A stretch of DNA of 64,000 nt, taken from the NCBI GenBank assembly GCA_024402765.1, contig JAKSTC010000005.1, forward strand, positions 1,517-65,516, in the 5' to 3' direction. The notes beneath the pieces were generated by a model that saw only the letters and a program-made list of their open reading frames with translations, was not told where the DNA came from and did no database searches. A program made the translations under genes and the position numbers. Positions within the stretch are counted from its first letter, which is position 1, and each line of letters begins with the position of its first letter. This DNA comes from Alphaproteobacteria bacterium (GTDB lineage: Bacteria; Pseudomonadota; Alphaproteobacteria; Rs-D84). Below, one piece after another: positions 1-8,377 of this stretch.

Positions 1-40
1 AAAAGCTACAGCTTGATAACACGGACTTACTTGTCTAAAA

Positions 41-283
41 TTAATCATCTGATTTACTTGATTCATCTTTGACCTCTTGTTTTCTATTTGATTCTACCGT
101 GTTTTTTTCGTTTTGCAGACCCTTATTTTCACTTTCTGCTTTTTTTTGCCTATATATTTCTAGTGCTCCTTCTGCAAAAAACTTTATTAAATCTTGTGTT
201 GCTTCATTTAATTCAACATCTGTAAATTGGTAATCTGGATACCAAGATTGAATCTCCTGTCGCAATATCTCAAAATTAGTCAT
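41..283 (-). CDS. hypothetical small acidic protein (80 aa)
   Basis: Intact ORF downstream of the helicase terminator. It is preceded by a conserved 54-nt block (329-382) and a 7-bp hairpin (307-327). No recognisable motif. Confidence 0.4.
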   Translation of the reverse strand: MTNFEILRQEIQSWYPDYQFTDVELNEATQDLIKFFAEGALEIYRQKKAESENKGLQNEKNTVESNRKQEVKDESSKSDD

Positions 284-328
284 CTTTTCAACTGTATGTT
301 TCCTACCGACATCGTTATCGGCGATGTC

Positions 329-382
329 ATTTAGAATCTAAACGAGAAAAAATTCAGATAAAAAGAATTTCTAAATAGTAAA
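329..382 (-). promoter_or_regulatory. conserved 54-nt intergenic block, copy A (ATTTAGAAT-N9-AAAAAATTC-N10-AATTTCTAAATAGTAAA)
   Basis: Three perfectly conserved sub-blocks (9, 9 and 17 nt) are shared with 9365-9418. The outer blocks are near-inverted repeats (ATTTAGAA / TTCTAAAT). It lies between a terminator and the next minus-strand gene. Confidence 0.5.
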
Positions 383-411
383 AAAAACATCCTGCCCAAA
401 GGGGCAAGATG
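380..411 (-). terminator. rho-independent terminator of the helicase-nuclease gene
   Basis: Minus-strand stem CATCTTGCCCC / GGGCAGGATG with a 3-nt loop, followed by T8. It starts 22 nt after the stop codon. Confidence 0.75.
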
Positions 412-432
412 TTAGATATGATATATTAGAAT

Positions 433-3400
433 TTACTTTAAAGATTCTATAAATCTTTTTAACTTCATCACTTCTTTATCTTTTTCTTCAAACCAATTTG
501 TTGACCAAATTCTATAGAATTCAAAACCGAAATGATTTTCTATCCATTTTTGCCTATGCATATCTGCTGCATATGCTTGGTCTGTATTATGATATGCTTT
601 TCCATCACACTCTAAAGCTACTTTATGACCATTTACTTCCAACATAAAATCGAGTCTATATCCACCAACAGGATATTGTAAATGTATGTGTTTTTTATCT
701 ATAAATTTAAGTAATTCATTATATACTTCTTCTTCAAAAACAGATTCTGTAAGCCCATCTGCCGTTGCTTGTGGTGAATCTTCAACTATCGTTGTTGCAC
801 TAATTCTTTGTCTATCATAACTATATTTACATAATTGGCTTAATATATCGCTCACAGTTTCCTTATCCCCATCAGAAACAGCTTTTGCATATGCAATATA
901 AGCATAAAATATAGCAGCTTTATTATTTTCATGAGATTTATCCAACAATTCTTTATATGTTGAATATGCTGATTTTGGAACAGATGTCACAACATACAAT
1001 TTGCTTTTTGCTCTTGTTATCAACACGTTTAACAATTTATAACCATTATCTGTTAATATAGACCCAAAACGTTGATAAAACTTTCCTGATTCATCCGGTC
1101 CAAATGTAGTAGATATTATGATGATATCTTTTTCGTCACCTTGAATATTTTCTAGATTTTTAACAAAAAGACCAGATTGTTGTAATTTTTCAAATTTATC
1201 TTTAAACGCTTCATCATTATATGATGTTTCATATAGTAATGCTTTTATGCAATTTCTTTGATGTATGTTAAATGTTGCTATTCCAACAGATGGCATTGTA
1301 CCGTCTGGATTCGGTTTTATTTCATTTAGAATAGAAATAACTTCAACAGCTTCTTTTGGATTAATATTACTTGCTTTTCCGGAACTATAAACCCCGTTTA
1401 CTTCTCTTATTTCTATTGGTCTATAATCTTTTCCAACAACCGGCAAAGGACATAAATTACCACCATAAAAAGCAGCATTAGAAAAGTTAATTAAAGCTGG
1501 GTGTTTTGAACGATAATGAAAATCTAAATACGACATATTTTTATATTTTAAACTTTCTGCAAAAACCAATAAAGATTCTGCATTAAGTTGTGCAGCTGTA
1601 CGCACATTTCCATCTGTGTTGCCGTCTGCATTGCCATCATTGTTTCCGTCTAAACCTGCTTGAAAATAATTAGAAGGTGGCATTTGGTGTTGGTCTCCAG
1701 CAATTATTTTATACTTACCCCTTATCATTGCTGTATAAACATCTTCTATCCTTAATTGACTGGCTTCGTCAAAAATAACCAAATCAAAAGAACCCTGCTC
1801 CAATTTAAATAATGTATTAGCCACAATCGGATTTACCAAAATAACTGGGAAAATTGTTGTGAAAGAAGCAAAATCTTTATCAATAATTTGTTTCAAAGAT
1901 AATCTTTTTCCAAACTTTTGATTTTTCTTTAATGCGAACAATGCCTTGAAGCCATATTTATCATCCAATCTTGTCATTGCATTTTGTATTCTTCTGTCCC
2001 ACATACTAAATGTACGTTTTAAATTTTGCTTCTCTAAATCATTATAGAGATTCTTTAACAAATTCAAATTTGTATCGTTTTTATGAAATCTTGTTGTTGT
2101 TTTTGATTCAAAATCCAGCAGCATATAATAATAATACGAAGCAAGAAACGCATCTTCCCAATCATCGACATCTATTGTCTCTAAGATATCCATTAAATTT
2201 TGATTGGTATTTTCAAATTTCACCCACGTATTATAATCTTCAATCTTATCCATGTTGTCTCTTAAATCAGACAACGAAGACAAGACTTCATTAAACATTA
2301 ATTTACATTCTTTAATATCAGAAAACTGTTGTAAATCATCATTAGTTAATGGAAACAGCTTAACAATATCGTGTTTTACAGAATCTATACGTTTTTTACA
2401 ATCAATTATATTTTTATACTTATTTTTGTCTTCTGAAAAACTCAAACTATTATCAACCAATGCTTGATATGATTCACCTAAATTTTTATATATTTTGCTT
2501 TGTTGGGATTTTACCTTCTTCTCTAAAGCAGAAGCATCTTTTAATAACGTTTTTAAATCAGTATATTCTTTCCACTTTTCTAATTGATTATCCAGTTCTT
2601 GATACTTGTTATACTGAGAAATATTTGAATGTATAGAAGCAACCAATTTTTTGATATTTATTAAAATATCATATGCTTCAGAAACATTCTTAGAAAATAA
2701 TCTGTTAAATATACCGAATTTTCCTATATCAAAATTCTCTCCCAACAAATCATTACCTTGCTTATATTTCTCTTTTATCAAAGAAATACTTTCTAAAACA
2801 TTACTTAAAAGTTGTGTCTTTTCGGTAGCTGTATCATCAAAATCTATTTTAACATCAAGAGATTCTGCTTTTTCATTAAACGCAGCAAATAATGTATTTA
2901 AAGATTCTATTTCGTTTGGCGTTAATTCATCTTTATATAACTTTTTTGCATCTTTATAAATTGGTTCTATTGACTCAAGATACGCTATCTTTTCTTCTAT
3001 ATACTTTGTATTAGACGTTATTGATACATCATTACATTCAAAATCGGATTTTTTTACGTACGCATTAAAATCTTCTATAGAAGATATCGAATCGTTTAGT
3101 TTTTTTTCTATTTCCTTTTTTTGTTTTATGTTAATTACGTCTTCAAAATCATCAAAGTCTATATATTTAAAACATGAACAATCTGTATCTTTTATGTAAG
3201 AAAATAGTAGTGCCCCCCTTTTGATAATATTTAAGTAGTCATTTAACGCATCTTCAGTAAACTTTAGCTTTAAGTTTCCGAAATCTTCTTTAGTTGATTC
3301 AAATTCTGGATTTTTAGAATATCTCAGATATTCACCAACTAAATCTTTCCAGTTCTTCCCTGCAAAAATGGGCTTACTGGACTCTTTATATGATGCATTA

Positions 3401-4734
3401 ACAGAATCTCTAAGTTCAATAAACTGATTATATTTTTGTTCAAAAACCCCTTCGTCAAAGCCATATAAATTACGTGAATAGCCGTCACCATCATATATTC
3501 TTCGTGCTTTTTCAACGATACTTCTTCGGTCTTTGACAACATCATCTACAACAGCACAAAAACAATCTAATTTTTTAGATTCTAAATTTTTTACAAGAAC
3601 ATCTAATGCCGTTTTCTTTTCACAAACGACAAGCGTTTTTGCTCCATTTGCTAGCGCATTTGAAATAATTGCAGAAATAGCTTGAGATTTCCCAGTTCCT
3701 GGAGGACCTTGAATAATTTTGAATTCATCAGAATTTAATGTATCTATTATTTCTCGTTGACTTGGGTCAACTTCAAAAGAAGTAGTCGTACTAGTTTGAA
3801 ATGGTTCGATTATCAATTCTTCTGAATTAAATTCATCTACATTGTCCAATAACTCTCTTGTAGCTTCAATTATAGGTTCTTTTTGCGACCTAAACAGCCC
3901 GAACACTCCACTCCATTGAATCCAAGGTGTCCCACTTGTTATTTTTTCTACTTTTTCTTTATTTTCTGGACACTTTTGTAAAGAAATGTTTGTTATAGCT
4001 TCTTTGATTCCTAAACCCTTATTCAGTTTATTAACATAAGCTATAATTTCATCTTCCGATAAAACACTATCATCTAATTCATCGTTCGTTAACTTCGGCA
4101 GAACTACCTTTTCATCGTTTTCTATATGTGATACCAATAATTCATTAACCTTAATAGGACTGTCTTCTGTTTTCGATATAAACCACTCATTTCTTCTGTT
4201 TGATTTATCTATATCTAAAGACCATATAAATATTGGAGCGATTATTATCTTTTTAGGGTCTTTTTTATCCGGTTTTACCAATAAAGGATATCCAAAGCCG
4301 AAATTCTTTAAACCCGTCTCCAAATACATATCTTCATTATCGGCGACAATATTATCTAACTTTTTTGAAACATCAAACAATTTGCTCTTTTCGTCTTCTG
4401 ACATTTTAGTCTGAGATTTTTCATCCCATGATATAGAAAATTTAAACTTTGGCTTTGTCAAAAGGTCTTCTAAAAAATTGTTAGCAAGAGTATTATTTTT
4501 GTTTCCTTCGCCAACAGATAAATCAAACAAATCTAACCTTGTATGATTTCTACCTGGTATAGCATTAAGATGTATAGACCTACCGTTTCCAATAGTTAAC
4601 TTACTAAGAAGTTTTTCTAAAAAATCCTTATCGAATTTAATTTGAGATATAATACTTGCACCGGTCTTTTTGATACTTTTCTTTGGTGTATCAACATAAT
4701 CTCTACTAGAAGGTTTTAAAAAAGTAAACGCCAT
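433..4734 (-). CDS. Upf1/DNA2-like SF1 helicase (DUF4011-type N-terminus, AAA_11/AAA_12 core) fused to a C-terminal DUF559/Vsr-like endonuclease domain, 1433 aa
   Basis: Walker A IIQGPPGTGKSQ, motif II VIFDEASQL, GDQHQMPP, HYRSKHPALINFSN, IQGDEKDIIIIS and NVLITRAKSKLYVV. A long K/E/D-rich, coiled-coil-like insert of several hundred residues sits between motifs I and II. C-terminus GGYRLDFML..ALECDGKAYH..RIWSTNW matches the DUF559/Vsr-like fold. Confidence 0.9.
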   Translation of the reverse strand: MAFTFLKPSSRDYVDTPKKSIKKTGASIISQIKFDKDFLEKLLSKLTIGNGRSIHLNAIPGRNHTRLDLFDLSVGEGNKNNTLANNFLEDLLTKPKFKFSISWDEKSQTKMSEDEKSKLFDVSKKLDNIVADNEDMYLETGLKNFGFGYPLLVKPDKKDPKKIIIAPIFIWSLDIDKSNRRNEWFISKTEDSPIKVNELLVSHIENDEKVVLPKLTNDELDDSVLSEDEIIAYVNKLNKGLGIKEAITNISLQKCPENKEKVEKITSGTPWIQWSGVFGLFRSQKEPIIEATRELLDNVDEFNSEELIIEPFQTSTTTSFEVDPSQREIIDTLNSDEFKIIQGPPGTGKSQAISAIISNALANGAKTLVVCEKKTALDVLVKNLESKKLDCFCAVVDDVVKDRRSIVEKARRIYDGDGYSRNLYGFDEGVFEQKYNQFIELRDSVNASYKESSKPIFAGKNWKDLVGEYLRYSKNPEFESTKEDFGNLKLKFTEDALNDYLNIIKRGALLFSYIKDTDCSCFKYIDFDDFEDVINIKQKKEIEKKLNDSISSIEDFNAYVKKSDFECNDVSITSNTKYIEEKIAYLESIEPIYKDAKKLYKDELTPNEIESLNTLFAAFNEKAESLDVKIDFDDTATEKTQLLSNVLESISLIKEKYKQGNDLLGENFDIGKFGIFNRLFSKNVSEAYDILINIKKLVASIHSNISQYNKYQELDNQLEKWKEYTDLKTLLKDASALEKKVKSQQSKIYKNLGESYQALVDNSLSFSEDKNKYKNIIDCKKRIDSVKHDIVKLFPLTNDDLQQFSDIKECKLMFNEVLSSLSDLRDNMDKIEDYNTWVKFENTNQNLMDILETIDVDDWEDAFLASYYYYMLLDFESKTTTRFHKNDTNLNLLKNLYNDLEKQNLKRTFSMWDRRIQNAMTRLDDKYGFKALFALKKNQKFGKRLSLKQIIDKDFASFTTIFPVILVNPIVANTLFKLEQGSFDLVIFDEASQLRIEDVYTAMIRGKYKIIAGDQHQMPPSNYFQAGLDGNNDGNADGNTDGNVRTAAQLNAESLLVFAESLKYKNMSYLDFHYRSKHPALINFSNAAFYGGNLCPLPVVGKDYRPIEIREVNGVYSSGKASNINPKEAVEVISILNEIKPNPDGTMPSVGIATFNIHQRNCIKALLYETSYNDEAFKDKFEKLQQSGLFVKNLENIQGDEKDIIIISTTFGPDESGKFYQRFGSILTDNGYKLLNVLITRAKSKLYVVTSVPKSAYSTYKELLDKSHENNKAAIFYAYIAYAKAVSDGDKETVSDILSQLCKYSYDRQRISATTIVEDSPQATADGLTESVFEEEVYNELLKFIDKKHIHLQYPVGGYRLDFMLEVNGHKVALECDGKAYHNTDQAYAADMHRQKWIENHFGFEFYRIWSTNWFEEKDKEVMKLKRFIESLK

Positions 4735-4811
4735 TGATATTTCTCACTTTATTTTGTCTTGTGAATAATATCATATATGCAAAAAAATCTCAATTTTTAT
4801 TTTCCAAAAAA

Positions 4812-5864
4812 TTATTTTTCGGGTTTAAAGTATTCAAAACCTATTGCATCAGAATATTCTTGTAATGTAGGAACAATTTTATAGTTGGAAAATAATATAG
4901 ATAAATCTAAGGCTTCTGGGATAATAAAACTTACTTCTCCATACCTATTTTCATATAATTGGGTATTATTATTAAATCGTTTATCAGGTCCACCTTTCTT
5001 ATTTACATATCTCCAAGTGGTTCTTACACACTCAGAATCTCTAGGTGTAAAATCCTCTATAAAAATGGTTGTTTTCCAGTTTATAGCAATGTCTTTCATA
5101 TTTAAAAAATACAATGAAAAAGGTGTATTTATTAAAATTCCATTTGGCAAAAACAATAATTCTTTAAATGTTGTTTTCATTTTAAAACACAACATGTTCG
5201 TTTTCATAAACAATGGCTTTGTTTTCTTTAAAGTCATACGATGAGTGGTTATAGTCGTCGAAGCCCCAGAAGTATATTTTGTATTACTATTATGATATGT
5301 TTTAGCACACTCATATATCCGTTCATTGTTGCTCAATAACTCAAACATCGATTCAAATATTTTGTGATTTTCTTTTGCAGTTTCGTCATCAAAACAAAAA
5401 GTCACTATGACTCTTTTGCTAAAATACCAGTAAATAGATAAACCAAAGAATAAAAGCACCCCTAGAAGACAGAAAGGATATATAAAACCAACTATCACAC
5501 TTACACCAAGCAAGGTTTTCCATAAAATCTGCATATTCTTATAGTGTCGTAATGCTGCCAAAAACTCTTTCCCATCCGTTGGTTCATAATCTTCCGGGGA
5601 TATCTGAGTTGTTTTTGCAAGATATTGTCCAGGAATTGAAGATTCTTTTTCTATATTTTGTTTTGGATGCGTTTTTCTTGTTCCTGAAGATTCTGTTATA
5701 TATGCCAATCCTGTTCCTGGAATAGATGCTGTTCTTCTGCTTCTACCATTAGCAAGTCTTGTCCATCTAAAACCAGGAAAACCAAAACTGTATCCTATGC
5801 CAGTTTTACTTAAATTGACTCTAAAACCACCAAAATTTACTGATTTTCTAAATCTAAATCCCAT
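4812..5864 (-). CDS. DUF4236 domain membrane protein with an unknown C-terminal domain (about 350 aa from the MGFRFRK start)
   Basis: N-terminus MGFRFRKSVNFGGFRVNLSKTGIGYSF...IPGTGLAY is the characteristic DUF4236 signature. A hydrophobic stretch follows (ILWKTLLGVSVIVGFIYPFCLLGVLLFFGLSIYWYF, about 2 TM). A 77-nt gap with no terminator separates it from the downstream helicase. The ORF track start at 5918 is probably too far upstream. Confidence 0.75.
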   Translation of the reverse strand: MGFRFRKSVNFGGFRVNLSKTGIGYSFGFPGFRWTRLANGRSRRTASIPGTGLAYITESSGTRKTHPKQNIEKESSIPGQYLAKTTQISPEDYEPTDGKEFLAALRHYKNMQILWKTLLGVSVIVGFIYPFCLLGVLLFFGLSIYWYFSKRVIVTFCFDDETAKENHKIFESMFELLSNNERIYECAKTYHNSNTKYTSGASTTITTHRMTLKKTKPLFMKTNMLCFKMKTTFKELLFLPNGILINTPFSLYFLNMKDIAINWKTTIFIEDFTPRDSECVRTTWRYVNKKGGPDKRFNNNTQLYENRYGEVSFIIPEALDLSILFSNYKIVPTLQEYSDAIGFEYFKPEK

Positions 5865-5931
5865 ATAAACACCTTTGCTTTTAATAAGAAGTATTTCATA
5901 AATCCAAACATCTTTCAAGGTTTAAAACATA

Positions 5932-5961
5932 TTGAATTTTCTATGAATTGTGGTATATAAT
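5932..5961 (+). promoter_or_regulatory. sigma70-like promoter (TTGAAT-N18-TATAAT) for the leader and PLD gene
   Basis: TTGAAT at 5932-5937 and TATAAT at 5956-5961, in the divergent intergenic region. Confidence 0.4.
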
Positions 5962-6022
5962 ATGTCTGAGATTCTGAAAAAGAGTCTCGTGATATAACAA
6001 AGTGCAAAGGTTTTAGACGACC

Positions 6023-6147
6023 TTACACGATACGCACTGTTTATATCCCGACAAGGTCGGGATGTCGTTGTCATAAGGTTTTACCAAAAGCAACGAAGTT
6101 TCGTGTAAACTGTCTAACTCCCGACCACCTTTAAAGTGGTCTTTTTT
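6023..6147 (+). promoter_or_regulatory. structured 5' leader / candidate riboswitch-like attenuator ending in an intrinsic terminator
   Basis: P1 6023-6030 TTACACGA pairs with 6101-6108 TCGTGTAA. Hairpin A 6045-6052 ATCCCGAC / 6056-6063 GTCGGGAT. Hairpin B 6065-6070 TCGTTG / 6091-6096 CAACGA. Terminator 6123-6128 GACCAC / 6136-6141 GTGGTC plus T6 (6142-6147). A second TCCCGAC at 6119-6125 overlaps the terminator arm and could pair with GTCGGGA instead. Confidence 0.4.
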
Positions 6148-6149
6148 AT

Positions 6150-6686
6150 ATGATAAAGACAGTTAAAATTTTTATTTTAAATATATCGATTTTGGCTTTA
6201 ACTGCCTGTGTTTCTATTAATTCGACACCTATTCCAGAAAATAAAATTTTTGATAATGATATAAAAATCTTTTTTACCCCAGGTATAGAGTGTGAAGATA
6301 ACATTATTGAGCAAATAAATAAATCGAATAAAATAGATATTGCCGTCTATTCTATTACAAATCCAGATATTACACATGCTATTATTACTGCATATAAACG
6401 TGGTGCAGATATTAGAGTTATTACAGATAGAACACAATCAAAAGGCAAAAACTCATTAGTAGATACAATTAAAAAGTCAGGTATTCCAACATTAACAAAT
6501 AAAAAACACAAAATAGAACATAATAAATTTGCTGTTTTTGATGATATTTATGTTGTCTCTGGGTCTTATAATTGGACTACAAATGCAAGTATGTATAATA
6601 GCGAAAATTGCATATTTTTTAAACAACCCAATAAAGAATATTCACACAGATTTGAACAATTATGGAACATCTATAACAACAATTAA
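6150..6686 (+). CDS. phospholipase D-family (single HKD) Nuc-like endonuclease, predicted lipoprotein or membrane-anchored
   Basis: HKD motif HNKFAVFDDIYVVSGSYNWT (HxKx4Dx6GSxN). N-terminal signal peptide with lipobox LTAC. The size (178 aa) is typical of Nuc-type PLD nucleases. Confidence 0.85.
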   Translation: MIKTVKIFILNISILALTACVSINSTPIPENKIFDNDIKIFFTPGIECEDNIIEQINKSNKIDIAVYSITNPDITHAIITAYKRGADIRVITDRTQSKGKNSLVDTIKKSGIPTLTNKKHKIEHNKFAVFDDIYVVSGSYNWTTNASMYNSENCIFFKQPNKEYSHRFEQLWNIYNNN

Positions 6687-6771
6687 AATTGGTTATAGGG
6701 GCAATAAAATCAAAATTTTATGATGTTTCTGGATTAAATATAGCTTATTTATGCATGTTTTATTGAACTTT

Positions 6772-6791
6772 GTGCCCCTAAGGGCACTTTT
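6772..6791 (+). terminator. intrinsic terminator after the PLD gene
   Basis: GTGCCC-CTAA-GGGCAC followed by TTTT. Confidence 0.6.
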
Positions 6792-6931
6792 ATACCATAT
6801 TGGCATAAAAACTATTAGCATCAAATAGTTAATTATTTAAAAAATGGCTGATTTCTGCGTTTTTTTGTGTGCAAAGCGGTTTTTTCACGGTAGGATTATA
6901 CCTGTAATGATAAAACAAAGAGGTATAAATC

Positions 6932-7210
6932 ATGACAAAAAACTTTAAAAATTGGTTAATTAACAATGGATATGCGTTGTTTACAGCAAATAATCAACCT
7001 TCCACAATATTTGACTATTTGACTGGTGTAAGATACGTGTGTCAATGGGAAAACAAGACAATAGACGAACTTGCTGAATCTATTTCTGAAATTTATCCTA
7101 AGTATTGTGATATGGGTGAATGTAGTGTAAAAGGACGTATGAAAAGTCGTGCTGTGAGATGTGGCTTGCGTCAGTTTAACAAGTTTATTATGGAATCAAG
7201 AGCTGCATAA
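6932..7210 (+). CDS. hypothetical protein (92 aa)
   Basis: Good RBS (AAAGAGG) 8 nt upstream. The stop overlaps the start of the next gene (TAATG), indicating an operon. Confidence 0.6.
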   Translation: MTKNFKNWLINNGYALFTANNQPSTIFDYLTGVRYVCQWENKTIDELAESISEIYPKYCDMGECSVKGRMKSRAVRCGLRQFNKFIMESRAA

Positions 7211-7536
7211 TGACTAAAATTGCTGAATTGAACGATAAGTTGCGTAAGAATATGTTTAACCCCGGTAAAAATAAAGTTGTTATTACATCCGGGGTAGCAA
7301 CTTTATCTCTTATTGATAGGATGTGCTTATTAAAGAAAATAATTGAATTTAATGACTTTAATAAAACAAACGATACATATAAAGAACATGATTTTGGTCG
7401 TATAGAACACAAAGGTATTAATTATTTCTTTAAGATAGATTATTACGATAATGATTTAATCTATGGTTCAGAAGATGCGTCAAATGAAGATATAACTACA
7501 AGAGTTTTAACAATTATGTGTGCAGATGAATATTAA
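7210..7536 (+). CDS. DUF3768 domain protein (plasmid/ICE-associated family)
   Basis: EHDFGRIEHKG..YFFKIDYYDNDLIYGSEDASNEDITTRVLTIMCADEY matches the characteristic DUF3768 C-terminal signature (HDFG...WKIDYYD...GSEDP...TRVLT...EY). Confidence 0.8.
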   Translation: MTKIAELNDKLRKNMFNPGKNKVVITSGVATLSLIDRMCLLKKIIEFNDFNKTNDTYKEHDFGRIEHKGINYFFKIDYYDNDLIYGSEDASNEDITTRVLTIMCADEY

Positions 7537-7590
7537 TAACTATTCAATTTTAATAGTTAATAAAAAATACCGCAAACAAAAGGATAAGAA

Positions 7591-7731
7591 ATGAATTGTA
7601 CATGTTTTAAATTAGTAGCAAACGGAATTACTTTACCTGAAATATATTTTAGATACGACCAAGCATGCCAAGCCAGACAAAAATTAAAAGATAATAATAT
7701 TGCGATGTCTGTAAATATTATTAATGCATAA
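7591..7731 (+). CDS. possible small protein (46 aa, MNCTCFKLVANGITLPEIYFRYDQACQARQKLKDNNIAMSVNIINA)
   Basis: Below the ORF-track cutoff. AAGGA RBS 6 nt upstream, same strand as the 6932-7536 operon, and a terminator directly downstream. Confidence 0.35.
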   Translation: MNCTCFKLVANGITLPEIYFRYDQACQARQKLKDNNIAMSVNIINA

Positions 7732-7737
7732 AAAAAG

Positions 7738-7765
7738 ACCACCAAGATAAAAATTGGTGGTTTTT
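7738..7765 (+). terminator. intrinsic terminator
   Basis: ACCACCAA-8 nt loop-TTGGTGGT followed by T5. Confidence 0.6.
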
Positions 7766-7831
7766 AATTACTTTTATTAGAATTGAGCGAGATTTGCTCC
7801 AAATTTATTTGATATATAAGTTATCAAAATT

Positions 7832-8377
7832 TTAATTTCTGTGATTCTGGACCTGATTCTGTGATTGAGAGATGTGTCCTTTTGGCTTAGACGACAAGTT
7901 AAATAAGATTTCAGATGTGATTATACGGTCTGAGTCAAAATGGTTCTTGATGTCTGCTTTGAATTCTTTGGACGTATACGAATTGACACCTGATGTAATA
8001 ATAGGCCGAACATCTATTGTCTCTTTGGTTAAATTGTACTTGTCCACAATATTATGAAAAATAAGTTGTACTTGAAAAAAATTAAAGGGGCAATCATAAA
8101 TTAAGATATGATAGTGCCAATGTGTTGATTTGCCTTTTTCTGCAACAGCAATGAAAGGAATATGTTTGCGATTCCAATGCCTGCCTAAAAGGTCTATTTC
8201 AAAGGCACGCATTATTTTTAATAATTTTTTATTTGTTGTATCTAAATTATTATTACGTAAATGCTTTGGAAATTGGATAGAAATAAAATATTGTGGATTA
8301 AAAGAACTAAACCAAGATATCAAAGATTGTTGAACATCAAAGGTATTATTTTTATTAAATATTAGATTAGTAGTCAT
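7832..8377 (-). CDS. HUH-motif Rep-like protein (rolling-circle initiator / YagK-YfjJ Inovirus Gp2-like), 181 aa
   Basis: HWHYHILIY contains a His-hydrophobic-His motif after a beta-strand-like IPFIAVAEKG. A candidate catalytic Tyr lies in NSYTSKEF. The family assignment is by eye only. Confidence 0.5.
   Translation of the reverse strand: MTTNLIFNKNNTFDVQQSLISWFSSFNPQYFISIQFPKHLRNNNLDTTNKKLLKIMRAFEIDLLGRHWNRKHIPFIAVAEKGKSTHWHYHILIYDCPFNFFQVQLIFHNIVDKYNLTKETIDVRPIITSGVNSYTSKEFKADIKNHFDSDRIITSEILFNLSSKPKGHISQSQNQVQNHRN

Noticed and set aside
5968-6149. Retron msr/msd, hammerhead ribozyme or purine riboswitch identity for the leader RNA
   Set aside because: No reverse transcriptase gene is nearby. 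The junction strands lack the CUGAUGA/GAAA hammerhead core. The hairpin loops (3 nt and 20 nt) do not fit the kissing 7-nt loops of purine riboswitches.
7557-7745. 62-aa hydrophobic ORF on the minus strand
   Set aside because: Its start lies inside the stem of the plus-strand terminator hairpin and it has no RBS. It is antisense to a better-supported 46-aa plus-strand ORF (RBS and terminator present). A type I toxin-like gene cannot be fully excluded.
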